32,000 bases of DNA, from assembly GCF_000253055.1 (NCBI RefSeq), contig NC_016070.1, positions 1,350,001 to 1,382,000 on the forward strand. The letters are read 5' to 3'. Positions 1-9,283 of this stretch are shown one piece after another. The first letter of the stretch is position 1. The number at the start of each line of letters is the position of its first letter. Made by a program: the position numbers and the translations under genes. The stretch comes from Thermoproteus tenax Kra 1. GTDB lineage: Archaea > Thermoproteota > Thermoprotei > Thermoproteales > Thermoproteaceae. The notes beneath the pieces are model-generated. The model did not search any database. It was not told the DNA's origin and saw only the letters and a program-made list of their open reading frames with translations.

Positions 1-1437
1 AAACAACGCAAAGAGGTATCTCTCAACGCTGCCCAATATGGCCGTATGGATTATTACAGGATATCTTATCTTATTTTCATCGTCTATATATTTGATATTG
101 AACCTCATCGCGTTGCCGACATCTATCTGGAAGGTCGCAATCTCCCTCGGCCGTCCCAACTCGTCTATTATGTGGAACTCCACGTTGAGAACCCAGTAGT
201 ACTTCTGCTCTGGCAGTATCCTCAGCAATATTGGCTTGCCCTCGCGCTTGGCCAACTCAATTAGATAGTCCTTGTATCCCCTATAGAACTCGGCTGTTAC
301 GTTATATAATGAGACGTAATCTCGTCCAATTTTTCTTATTTCTTCAAATATTTTATTATGTAACTTATAGGTTACCTCAATTGCTTGTTTTAAATCTTTT
401 GTGAAAATATGAAGGTCTGGCATATAAAATCTCCTTAGTCTAAACAGGAGAACAGTTTCGCCGGGTTGTTCGTATCGGTACGAGTCCGCCACTTCCAACA
501 TTCCGAAAGGCAGATTCCTGTAGCTCACGACCCAGTCTCTCACCATGGCAAACTGTTGGAAACATGCGGCATAGCGGAGTATCGATTCAGTGTCTGCTTC
601 TACTATGTACAGACGTTCCCCGAATAGTTTAGCATGGGTCTCAATGGGTCTCTCGCTCAGCTTGAACATATTAGTGCCTCTTATCTTGAATATGGGTATT
701 CCGAGAGACTTCGCGACTTGGTAGGCGTAGTCCTCCACCAGTTCCATCATTATTGTGGCATCAGGCCCATATCTCATGTGGCCCACATCGGACATAGGTT
801 CCCACTCGAAGCCAAAACGTTTTACATACTCTATGTATTTTGGCTCGCCGCCTGGCAACTCCCTTTTGAATACCTCCTTATCTACCAGAGCTTTTAGATC
901 GGGGTATTTATCCAACGGATAGTCGGCTGGATTGTACTCTTCACCCTCAGGCGACAGAATAAGATAGATATCAGGAGCTGCGCGCTCGGCTTGAGCTTGC
1001 GGCCTTCCGCTGAAAAGCTCCGGCTTGTACGAGTAAGATCTGCTGAGCTCAGAAAGAGGATGCCCTATACATTTTATTTCAAATGATTTATAATATCCAA
1101 ATGGAGCTTTTAACACTTTAAATTGATTAAATCCATTTAATATATCGAATAACTTATTCAATATTTCTCTTGAGGTATAGGGCTTTGCTAAATTGGGCGA
1201 TAGATGGGCGTATGGATATATTACTATTGTTTGAGCGTCCACCTTCTTAGCAACCTCAACAATATCTCTTGAGATAGCCGCAAGATACGCCTCGTCGGGC
1301 TTATCGCCCTCCTCAACAGTAATAAACGCAACGAGGGCATTATCGGCATTGCCTGAGACAGGGTCATCCCTGATATCTAACGCCGGCTCCTTTGGCTCCC
1401 ACCTAAAATATTGGGCATGTATCAGGAGCACGCGCAT
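1..1437 (-). CDS. thrS: Threonyl-tRNA synthetase, archaeal type with N-terminal editing-like domain; C-terminus runs off the window edge
   Basis: Minus-strand open frame from ATG at 1437 (MRVLLIHAQYFRWEPKEPALD...) into FEWEPMSDVGHMRYGPDATIMMELVEDYAYQVAKSLGIPIFKIRGTNMFKLSERPIETHAKLFGERLYIVEADTESILRYAACFQQFAMVRDW. The frame is still open at position 1, so it is absent from the ORF track. A TATA-like AATTATATA lies about 27 nt upstream. Confidence 0.93.
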   Translation of the reverse strand, partial: MRVLLIHAQYFRWEPKEPALDIRDDPVSGNADNALVAFITVEEGDKPDEAYLAAISRDIVEVAKKVDAQTIVIYPYAHLSPNLAKPYTSREILNKLFDILNGFNQFKVLKAPFGYYKSFEIKCIGHPLSELSRSYSYKPELFSGRPQAQAERAAPDIYLILSPEGEEYNPADYPLDKYPDLKALVDKEVFKRELPGGEPKYIEYVKRFGFEWEPMSDVGHMRYGPDATIMMELVEDYAYQVAKSLGIPIFKIRGTNMFKLSERPIETHAKLFGERLYIVEADTESILRYAACFQQFAMVRDWVVSYRNLPFGMLEVADSYRYEQPGETVLLFRLRRFYMPDLHIFTKDLKQAIEVTYKLHNKIFEEIRKIGRDYVSLYNVTAEFYRGYKDYLIELAKREGKPILLRILPEQKYYWVLNVEFHIIDELGRPREIATFQIDVGNAMRFNIKYIDDENKIRYPVIIHTAILGSVERYLFALF

Positions 1438-1474
1438 TAGGTGATTCCTCGCTCCCTCGTATATAATTTTGGCC

Positions 1475-1715
1475 CCTTGTGGCGCCCGGCCTCCGTGTGG
1501 GCGGCCCCAGGTGTACTCGGAGCGGGGCCCAAGCACGCCGAGGATGCCAAGAGAGGTGGTGAACATCCAGCCGCCGTAGATTTCGTATGAACCTCTATCC
1601 GCTCCACTGTGGGAGTCTCACCGGTTGCCCTCTCCGGGGCTGATGGGAGAGACCACGACTGGATGCCGCGGCGAAGCGGACATCGCGGCGGGGCACCCCA
1701 GCTGACCCCATCCCA
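1475..1715 (-). ncRNA. Candidate structured non-coding RNA, family not identified
   Basis: GC-rich island in an otherwise AT-rich intergenic region. End-closing 7-bp helix 1697-1691/1481-1487 and 13-bp helix 1667-1655/1562-1574. All wobble pairs are G.U on the minus strand and would be A.C mismatches on the plus strand. Boundaries are approximate. Confidence 0.45.
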
Positions 1716-1952
1716 TTGTGTGAGAAATAAACTATCATCGACTCTTTCTTCATCGCTATGCCATAGAAGATGTGGCTTGCTTAAAATCCATCCCCGATTT
1801 GAAGGGCGAGGCTTTCGGTTGCAAGTTCACATCCAACGATCACTCGCCTAATGATAATATGGGCTGATGCCCTAATTCTCCTCAATACGACAAGTATACA
1901 ATCCTATCTTAAGTAGAAAGCTTTTATACTGGAGCGATTTGCCCTCTCAGCA

Positions 1953-2348
1953 ATGCAAGAAGCACGAGCAAAGTTGGGAAGCATCCCAGTCGTCGGAAAA
2001 CACTACTACGGCGAGGCCTATGGAATTGATAGCGGGCTTCTGTCCAATGAAGACCTATTGAAGCACATAGTAATCGCAGCAGCGAGACGTGCCAATATGC
2101 ATGTGGTCGAGGTAAACAGTTGGAGATTCAAAGGCGGCGACAAAGAGGGCGTCTCTGTGATCGCATTGGTGCTCGAGAGCCATATAGCAGTACACACGTG
2201 GCCCGCATACGGCTATGCGACCATTGATGTGTATACATGCGGCGAGCACTCAGATCCTCTGTCCGCTTTTAGATATATAATAAGCCAACTGAGACCAAAA
2301 CGGTACACCATCAACTACTCAGATAGATCATATAAATATCCCTTATAA
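1953..2348 (+). CDS. Pyruvoyl-dependent S-adenosylmethionine decarboxylase proenzyme family (AdoMetDC, or the crenarchaeal arginine decarboxylase paralogue)
   Basis: Conserved GVSVIALVLESHIAVHTWPAYGYATIDVYTCGEHSDP around the Glu-Ser self-cleavage site; 131 aa. Confidence 0.92.
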   Translation: MQEARAKLGSIPVVGKHYYGEAYGIDSGLLSNEDLLKHIVIAAARRANMHVVEVNSWRFKGGDKEGVSVIALVLESHIAVHTWPAYGYATIDVYTCGEHSDPLSAFRYIISQLRPKRYTINYSDRSYKYPL

Positions 2349-2365
2349 TTTTTCTTTTTTACTTA

Positions 2366-2626
2366 TTATCTGTATGGTAGAGTTGCCAATATATCTTTTT
2401 TCATAATATCTATATTTTTTCTATCAATGACCCAAGTGCCCTTCTTCCACTTGGTGGCAAGCCCCATATCTTCATACCTTTTCATTATTTCATATATAGC
2501 CCAGGAGCATCTTCTATCCGTACCACAAATCTTCTCCGTTTTGATCACGATCGTGGATCCTTTTGATCTCGACATTAAGTCTATGTACACCAGCAGGCCG
2601 CTTATATATCTCGTTCTCCCCTTCAC
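2366..2626 (-). CDS. Small hypothetical protein, possibly winged-helix-like
   Basis: 86-aa ORF, charged, with STIVIKTEKICGTDRRCSWAIYEIMKRYEDMGLATKWKKGTWVIDR. Chosen over the overlapping plus-strand ORF 2427..2633 on composition. Confidence 0.5.
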   Translation of the reverse strand: MKGRTRYISGLLVYIDLMSRSKGSTIVIKTEKICGTDRRCSWAIYEIMKRYEDMGLATKWKKGTWVIDRKNIDIMKKDILATLPYR

Positions 2627-2799
2627 AAGATAACTTTCTCGCTATATAATCTTCTTACCTTTATATATGGTAAGTTAAATAATATTATTTTATTATTTTG
2701 TTATACATATTTTATAATTAATTAAATTTATATTTTTATTTGTCTTTTTGTATTATTAAATATAGAAAAATTTATAAAACATGTCATCTCTGTAGACCG

Positions 2800-3849
2800 A
2801 TGATACTGCCCTATTTCCTCTGGTTCGACCCGGTCTATTGGATCACTATGGTAATCGGATACGTGGTTTTAATGATCGTCGCGTCTACTGTGGCCCCCAA
2901 GCTTGCGCGAGGGCTTAGTGGCAGGTTTTCTCTCTATATCTCAATGGCGCTGCTGGCCTTGGTCCTCACGTCGATTACTGCGCTATCTATTTGGGCCGCG
3001 TTGTATCTGGGGGGTCTCGTTACACTCTATGAGATACCCTTAATTGTTATATTTATTGTAGCGATGAATTTCTTAACATATATAATATCACCCTTTATTA
3101 TAAATCTTTTCTATAATGCAGAAAAAGACAATGAACTTCAACAAGTAGTGGATGCCGTTGCGAAAAGATTGGGGTTGGGGGGACGCATAAAGGCGGTCCT
3201 CGTCAATGGACCTCCTAACGCTTTCTCTTACGGCAACTTTATAGCGGGTAGATATGTCGCAGTCAGCAGATCCTTATATCGCATGTTGAATAGAGACGAG
3301 CTCGAGGCTGTCGTGGGGCACGAGTTGGGACATCATATTCACAGAGACAACTTGGTAATGACTTTCTTCGGCCTCTTCCCTGCGGTCGTCTACTATTTGG
3401 GATATAGCCTGGTGTGGCAGGGTATACTGGGAGGCAGAGATGAACGGGGAAGTTCCGGCGGAGGGCTTTTCATGTTGGTAGGTATAGCGCTTGTGGTCAT
3501 ATCGTTTATTGAGCAACTGCTTGTATTGGCCTTCAGCAGGATGCGCGAGTACTATGCCGACTATGTGGGGGCCAGAGCGGCAGGCAGATGGCCTATGCAG
3601 AAGGCGTTGGCAAAACTCCATCTATACTATGAAAATAGAGATGAGGCGGCTGAGGATCTAAGGGGTAGCAAGCTCAAGACGTTGTTCATATACGCATTTG
3701 TGCAAGCCTTTGGGAGTCCCCTTTATGAGGTAACTCCCGATACTGTAGAGAGGATCAAACGCCTTGAGGTCGGCGGCATAGGAGAGGTGTTATCAGATCA
3801 TCCGCCGGTGCCTAAACGCCTTAGGTTCCTTGATTCTATCGAAATTTAA
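2800..3849 (+). CDS. htpX: HtpX-like M48 family zinc metalloprotease, membrane
   Basis: HEXXH motif in DELEAVVGHELGHHIHRDNLVM; hydrophobic N-terminal helices; downstream EYYADYVGARAAG. Start placed at ATG 2800 because AAAAATTTATAAAA lies about 25 nt upstream; the longest ORF starts at 2740. Confidence 0.87.
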   Translation: MILPYFLWFDPVYWITMVIGYVVLMIVASTVAPKLARGLSGRFSLYISMALLALVLTSITALSIWAALYLGGLVTLYEIPLIVIFIVAMNFLTYIISPFIINLFYNAEKDNELQQVVDAVAKRLGLGGRIKAVLVNGPPNAFSYGNFIAGRYVAVSRSLYRMLNRDELEAVVGHELGHHIHRDNLVMTFFGLFPAVVYYLGYSLVWQGILGGRDERGSSGGGLFMLVGIALVVISFIEQLLVLAFSRMREYYADYVGARAAGRWPMQKALAKLHLYYENRDEAAEDLRGSKLKTLFIYAFVQAFGSPLYEVTPDTVERIKRLEVGGIGEVLSDHPPVPKRLRFLDSIEI

Positions 3850-4166
3850 TCGTTTTTCGCCTCCAAGAATTTCAATAAATTTTTTATATCAGATAGAGCT
3901 ATCCTGAAATATTTAAGTCCTTGCTCACTTACTATATATACTTTTTTCCCATCTAGTTCTCTCTCTTCAAGAACGCCGTCGGCCACCATCCTTTTCAGAA
4001 GGACGTATCCGTACACATTGCTTATGTCGAAGCCGAGCGCTCTCAGCTTAGATATTATGCCGTAGCCATGTAGCGGGCCATCGCGAAGAATTATTGCAAC
4101 AGTATAGAGCCACAGATTGCCCTTACCGATACAGTTCTTGAACCTCATATAGGCTCTAAGGGGCAT
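3846..4166 (-). CDS. PadR-like winged-helix transcriptional regulator
   Basis: AIILRDGPLHGYGIISKLRALGFDISNVYGYVLLKRMVADGVLEERELDGKKVYIVSEQG. Overlaps the M48 protease stop by 4 nt (convergent). Confidence 0.75.
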   Translation of the reverse strand: MPLRAYMRFKNCIGKGNLWLYTVAIILRDGPLHGYGIISKLRALGFDISNVYGYVLLKRMVADGVLEERELDGKKVYIVSEQGLKYFRIALSDIKNLLKFLEAKND

Positions 4167-4239
4167 TTGACCTCCGGACGCGGGGGGTTAAATACTTATG
4201 CTTACAGAATTGTTTATTAACAAGTCTGTTTAGATAACT

Positions 4240-5295
4240 ATGCCCATTAGGGTCGCCATAGCTGGAGTGGGCAACTGTGCATCGGCCTTGGTGCAAGGTG
4301 TAGAGATGTATAAACATAAGCCTGAGGTAGAGCCCTTTGTTGCCTTCAAAAAAGTGGGGGCCTATGCTGTATCCGATATCACCTTCACGGCAGCATTTGA
4401 TATAGATGCCCGGAAAGTTGGCAGGGACTTAGCGGAGGCCATCTTCTCGCCTCCCAACAACGCCACTAAAGTCTTCGAGCCCCAGAAGTTAGGAGTTATT
4501 GTCAGAGCGGGGCCTCTGCTCGATGGAAGGCCGGAGGGGGGATTGGTAGAGAAAGTAGTGGAGGGCACTGTCGAGGATGTCGTGAGAGAGCTGGAGTCCA
4601 CAAACACCGAGGTTTTGGTTAACTATCTGCCGACGGGCGCGCGTAGGGCCGCTGAGGCATACGCCGAGGCATCGCTGAGGGCGAGGGTCGCATTTATAAA
4701 CGCAATGCCGGCGCCCATTGCGACCAACGAAGTGTGGCAGAAGAGGTTTATAGAGAGGGAGGTCCCGCTCTTAGGCGATGACACTCAGAACCAAATAGGC
4801 GCCACAGTGCTTCACAAGATGTTGATTCACTTGCTCAACCTGAGAGGCGTCAGAATCTTTGATACATATCAGATAAACGTGGGCGGCACTCCGGATTTTG
4901 CCAACTTAATGTATAGGCGCACGGACAAAGAGAAGACTAAGACGGCAGCGGTGAAGAAGATGGCTGACGATCAAGACTTCAAGGCATATATAGCGCCCGT
5001 GGCCTATATTCCGTTCTTAAACGATAGAAAAATAGCACATATGCTGATTGAGGGCGCCATATTCGGCGGAGTGCCCATCACCATAAGGGTTGAGCTCGAC
5101 GTCCACGATGCTTGGAACAGCGCGGCCATAGTCACTGACGCAATAAGACTGGCCAAGCTAGCGCTGGATAGGCACATAGGCGGCCCAATATACAGTGCAT
5201 CTGCCTGGGGATTTAAAAACCCGCCTATCCACATGCCGCCAGAGGAGGCTTACAAGGCGGTCATAGAGTTCATAAACGGAGAGAGGAATAACTGA
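4240..5295 (+). CDS. ino1: Inositol-3-phosphate synthase, archaeal type
   Basis: VAIAGVGNCASALVQG Rossmann start, LVNYLPTGARRAAEAYAEA, GDDTQNQIGATVLH, NVGGTPDFANL. Confidence 0.92.
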   Translation: MPIRVAIAGVGNCASALVQGVEMYKHKPEVEPFVAFKKVGAYAVSDITFTAAFDIDARKVGRDLAEAIFSPPNNATKVFEPQKLGVIVRAGPLLDGRPEGGLVEKVVEGTVEDVVRELESTNTEVLVNYLPTGARRAAEAYAEASLRARVAFINAMPAPIATNEVWQKRFIEREVPLLGDDTQNQIGATVLHKMLIHLLNLRGVRIFDTYQINVGGTPDFANLMYRRTDKEKTKTAAVKKMADDQDFKAYIAPVAYIPFLNDRKIAHMLIEGAIFGGVPITIRVELDVHDAWNSAAIVTDAIRLAKLALDRHIGGPIYSASAWGFKNPPIHMPPEEAYKAVIEFINGERNN

Positions 5296-6004
5296 GCCTT
5301 TTTACGTCATCTACATACTTCCTCCTGGCCTTTGCATAATCTACCTCTTCCTTATGCAGTTCGGCCAACTTGAAGCCCTCCTCACCGCCCATCTCCTCAA
5401 CAATTACACCGTTGGGCGATGTAACGGAGCTTCCTCCGTCCACCTCTCTCCCGTCTGGATATACTGCCCTCACGTTATTAACGAAGGCGACATACATATG
5501 GTTTTCGAACGCCCGGGCTACAGCTAAGGATCTCCACAGGGATACTCTGTCTCTCGTTATATTGGCTGGATTGAGAAGGAGGTTGACTCCCCTCGCAGAA
5601 TAAAAACGGGCTAGCTCGGGATATACGAGGTCAACGCAGATGAGAACCCCTACCTTTAGCCATCCGTGCTCAGTTATACATAGTTTGTCGCCCGCCGACA
5701 CTCTAAGCGATTCTCCCACTGCGTGGCTCGGGAATATCTTTTCACAAAAATCGGTCACAGTGCCGTTTTTTAAAACATAAGCCTTAGATTTAACTACATT
5801 ATTATTTTTCACATAAAAAGCGCCAGGCACCAATATCGGAAATTTGGGCATCCTCGAGAAGATCTCCGCCAACTCTTCTTCCGAGACAACTCTGGAGATC
5901 CAATTCTCGGGCAGAACCACGACGTCTGCGTTGATCGTCGATAAAATGTCGATGACCTTATCGGGCGAGGATCCTTTAGCTACTTGGACTATGGCTAAGA
6001 ACAT
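5270..6004 (-). CDS. Carbon-nitrogen hydrolase (nitrilase superfamily)
   Basis: VVLPENW (Glu), HGWLKVGVLICVDLVYPELARFYSARGVNLLLNPAN (catalytic Cys region), RAFENHMYVAFVN. Confidence 0.85.
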   Translation of the reverse strand: MFLAIVQVAKGSSPDKVIDILSTINADVVVLPENWISRVVSEEELAEIFSRMPKFPILVPGAFYVKNNNVVKSKAYVLKNGTVTDFCEKIFPSHAVGESLRVSAGDKLCITEHGWLKVGVLICVDLVYPELARFYSARGVNLLLNPANITRDRVSLWRSLAVARAFENHMYVAFVNNVRAVYPDGREVDGGSSVTSPNGVIVEEMGGEEGFKLAELHKEEVDYAKARRKYVDDVKRLSYSSLRL

Positions 6005-7217
6005 TAGTCTGTTTTCTCTGAGTTCTGATCCATCCGTACTCTCTGCCCATAAGCCCCAACAAAGTGCCCGCCAAGTGGACGAAGGCGGTGGCGAACTCTA
6101 TAAATGGGGGCAGAATATGCGGTCTCACTGGCGTGTTGTGTTTGGCCTCTACATACAGATCTATGGTTAATCCAACAATTAATAAATAAAACATAAGTAT
6201 TAATTCATATATTGAGAAATATATACCAGTTATTACTTTATAGATAATGAAAATTACTATTGTTATATATAAAGCGCTTGTCGCAAACACTGTACCTTGG
6301 AAGATGAAGTCTATCTTTCTGCCGAGCGGCATATCGCTCTTCAGTACTTGTTTAAAATACCTAGTGAAAACCCTTATAGTTCCCGACGACCATCTTAGCT
6401 GTTGTTTAAAGAACGACTTGATGTTGCGCGGGGGTCGCCCCCAGGTATAGAAGCTCCATGTAGCCGCTATCGTGTATCCGTTGAGCCACATTCTGACCGA
6501 TAGATCTAGATCCTCTGTCACAGTGTCCTCAGAGAACCACAGCCTAGTTACCGGCTCCAATCTGGCTATCGCGGTGGAACCCGTGAAAATCGGCATCAGG
6601 TTGAGCTTGCTCCTGCCCACCAACATTGTGCCCGATATATCGTGTGAAAGCGATACCAATGCGTCAAGCGCGGACCCCAGATACAGATGCCTTTGAACGC
6701 CTTGGACCAGATCGGCGCCCAATCTCTTTATTGCAGATACGGCTCTAGCTATGAACCACGGATCGGGGGGCTCGTGATCGCTGTCTATGAACACCACATA
6801 GCGCGGATTCCTCAGAGGATTCAACGCGATGAGCGCCCTTATTGCGTCGTTCAGGGCGCCGCCCTTTAAGCCGTGGCGTCCATCTCTGACTAACAAGAGG
6901 AGTTTCTCGCCTGCGTATACCTTTATCCGCCTGGATGTCTTTAAATCGCCGACATATCTAAGCCCGTAGGTCTCGGCTATGCCGTTGTCAGCACAATCCT
7001 CAACGACGGCCACCTTGTAATTGTTGTACTTCTGGGCCAGCCATTTGGGCAGAGTCTCGCCGAGGTTTTCATCGTTGCAAGACGGAATAACTATATACAC
7101 ACCGTCTTCCCCGTCCTCAAGCGAGGACGTCTCCGTCTGTTCCGAAGAATAGATAGTTGTAATTAAGTGCCAGGTAGCAAAAATAGAGCCGACTGCCAAT
7201 AACACAAGGAAAATCAT
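5976..7217 (-). CDS. Family 2-like processive glycosyltransferase, membrane
   Basis: VYIVIPSCNDENLGETLPKW, YVVFIDSDHEPPDPWFI (DxD), EDLDLSVRMWLNGY, KQQLRWSSGTIRV (QxxRW), C-terminal transmembrane segments. Confidence 0.87.
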   Translation of the reverse strand: MIFLVLLAVGSIFATWHLITTIYSSEQTETSSLEDGEDGVYIVIPSCNDENLGETLPKWLAQKYNNYKVAVVEDCADNGIAETYGLRYVGDLKTSRRIKVYAGEKLLLLVRDGRHGLKGGALNDAIRALIALNPLRNPRYVVFIDSDHEPPDPWFIARAVSAIKRLGADLVQGVQRHLYLGSALDALVSLSHDISGTMLVGRSKLNLMPIFTGSTAIARLEPVTRLWFSEDTVTEDLDLSVRMWLNGYTIAATWSFYTWGRPPRNIKSFFKQQLRWSSGTIRVFTRYFKQVLKSDMPLGRKIDFIFQGTVFATSALYITIVIFIIYKVITGIYFSIYELILMFYLLIVGLTIDLYVEAKHNTPVRPHILPPFIEFATAFVHLAGTLLGLMGREYGWIRTQRKQTNVLSHSPSS

Positions 7218-7233
7218 GAGGGAGAGTATCTTG

Positions 7234-9169
7234 TTATTTATGTAAGTTCTCGGCCAATACCTCGGCTATGTCTCTTATTTTCACTTGAACTTCCTTAGTG
7301 CGCGCGGCATCCGATAACATTGCGTTGCAGAATGGACAGAGAGTCACGATCGTGTTTGCGCCCGTCTTCACAAGTTGTTCAAGCCGTATGTGGCTTATCC
7401 TCTTCTCCTCAAGGGCGAATTCGCGGCCGCTAAATTCAATTCGCCCTAGTTCCGCAGCAGAATGTCTTATCGCCGCTGAGTTCGGGCTCCCGCAGTTGAC
7501 CTATTCTCACGACAATCCGTCTCTGTGGATCTACGACCTTATTATGTCTTGCTAAATAGCAGGGATCATGTATAGTCATTACATCGGAAGTCGATTTAAT
7601 TTTTATTGAATTTTCTTCTAAAAGTTTAGCTAAGAATTCACTGTGATGATATACTTCAATCTCTACGCCAAAACGTCTATATTCATTCTTAAATGTATTA
7701 TATCCATGAGGACATATAGTAATGATTTTTTTAACGTTATATTTTAAAAATATATTTTTGTTATTTAGGACTATTTCTTGGAATCTGCTCTCCTCGCCTA
7801 GCCTTCTGGCAGGGTCTCCACAACATGTCTCCTCATCGCCTAAGATGGCAATTTTATCAAGCATTTTAGCCTCCCTCAGAATCTCAATAAGGGATCTGAT
7901 TATCTGCTTTGCCCTATTGTCAAAGCTCCCCATACAGCCGACCCAAAGCAGATACTCAAACTCCGGGTTTTCCGCCACCGTCTTAACGCCAAGCTCCCTC
8001 AACCATTCGTGTCGCCCATAGTTGCTCTGCATGAGCGTGTTCCCGTACTGGCTCAGAGACATCAATAGATCGCTCTTCTTCTGGTCTATCTTGGAGCTAA
8101 ATACAAGGCTCCTCCTAAGGTCAACTATATAGTCGATATGCCTTATATACACAGGACATACGGCCATGCAGGCCCCGCATGTAGTGCACGCCCAGACCTC
8201 ATCCTCCGATAGGCCGACCTCAAAAATATTCTTGTCGCTCGGCGCCTCGGCTATTTTGTTAATTAACGCGCGAGGGCTCAGAGGACGGCCGGCCGCATAG
8301 GCAGGACAAAGGTCGTCGCACCTGCTACATCTGGTACAGGCGTCGGGCATGATCTTATGGACTATATCAAGGTCCGCCTTAGTGCCCACGCCTATTTTCA
8401 AATCGGTCTGGCCGCTCTCAAGAACTTTTTCCAAATCGAAGGGCGTTGTTAGCTCACCAGATGGTCTATCTATTGAAATATAGTTAATATATCCTATTAA
8501 CATATGTTTTAAAATTGATATTGGAATTATAGTTAATAAAGTAAAAGCTATAATAATATGAATAAAATAAGATATCTCATATACTATTAAGGGCGGCCTC
8601 GGCACTATGTAGGACAGCGGAGACCAGACCGTTGGTCCACCGAAGTAATACTCCACTCTGAACCTCTGAAGTATTATTCCAGTAATAGAAATGATAATAA
8701 ATCCAATTAATATTAAAATATATTGATTATATAAATTATTATATTTAGTCCTATTTCTAAATATACGATATATTCCTAGAACAGGACCTATTATTAGAGA
8801 TAAGGCGGCCACGTCCAGAAGAAATCTGAACGCCAAAAAGAGCGGACCGCCATATGTCAGTCCAGTATACTGGTAGAACGCAACTATTATAGTCGCAATG
8901 AGCGAGATCAAAAGTCCGATCACCGTTAGGGAATGAGCGATGCCGCCTAAGGTCTCGGTGGCAAAAAACCGTTGATGTAACAAAAATTCTTTTAAGAAAT
9001 AATATGTTCTTTTTTTGAAAATACTCTTAATAAAAAATTTTAATCCACCAAGTTCTCTGAAAACTTTATTTATGAAATACAATAGGAAAATAACAGATAG
9101 TGTAGCCATGGCGTATACAACGAACTTAGTGTAGGGAGGCATCGCAAGATATTCGATATAATACTCCAT
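7234..9169 (-). pseudogene. Membrane (DsrM/NarI-like) plus HdrD/DsrK-like [4Fe-4S] reductase; coding frame interrupted by vector sequence, so probably intact in vivo
   Basis: N-terminal transmembrane region, then CTRCSRCDDLCPAY and CTTCGACMAVCPVY ferredoxin motifs, ETCCGDPARRLGEE, and TFCCG (ORF 7436..9169). The C-terminus continues in another frame at 7410..7234 as EEKRISHIRLEQLVKTGANTIVTLCPFCNAMLSDAARTKEVQVKIRDIAEVLAENLHK*. Confidence 0.85.
7411..7448 (+). other. Cloning-vector polylinker sequence (TOPO-vector type)
   Basis: AAGGGCGAATTCGCGGCCGCTAAATTCAATTCGCCCTA: TOPO junction AAGGGCGAATTC, EcoRI, NotI and pCR4-type flank. Confidence 0.96.
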
Positions 9170-9241
9170 GGCGGTTTGCTTAGAACATCCTTAAATATTT
9201 TTTCTATGCTCTGTGTTCAAATAATTATATTTTTCTTTTTA

Positions 9242-9267
9242 TTCATAGAAAATTTATTTTCTATGAA
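9242..9267. repeat. Perfect 11-bp inverted repeat with 4-nt spacer
   Basis: TTCATAGAAAA-TTTA-TTTTCTATGAA, between the cas4-like stop and the reductase promoter region. Confidence 0.9.
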
Positions 9268-9283
9268 ATGAATATAATTATAT

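Noticed and set aside
1501-1575. Plus-strand similarity to SRP RNA (GCCAAGAGAGGTGGTGAACATCCAG resembling the GCCUAAGGAGGGGUGAACC...CCAGG region).
   Set aside because: No GGAAGG...AGCAG partner strand and no UGUAA-type Alu motif was found on either strand. The G.U pattern also favours the minus strand. Left as unidentified ncRNA.
1609-1851. 80-aa plus-strand ORF
   Set aside because: Lies mostly over the GC-rich structured region, with low-complexity translation and no recognisable family. Probably spurious.
1850-1880. AATGATAA...GGGCTGATGCCC as a C/D-box RNA
   Set aside because: The C box is imperfect and the spacing between motifs is too short for a guide.
2427-2633. Plus-strand ORF overlapping 2366..2626
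   Set aside because: The minus-strand frame has a better charged/hydrophobic pattern. The plus frame looks like the antisense translation.
7298-7555. 85-aa plus-strand ORF
   Set aside because: Antisense to the reductase C-terminus and opened artificially by the vector insertion.
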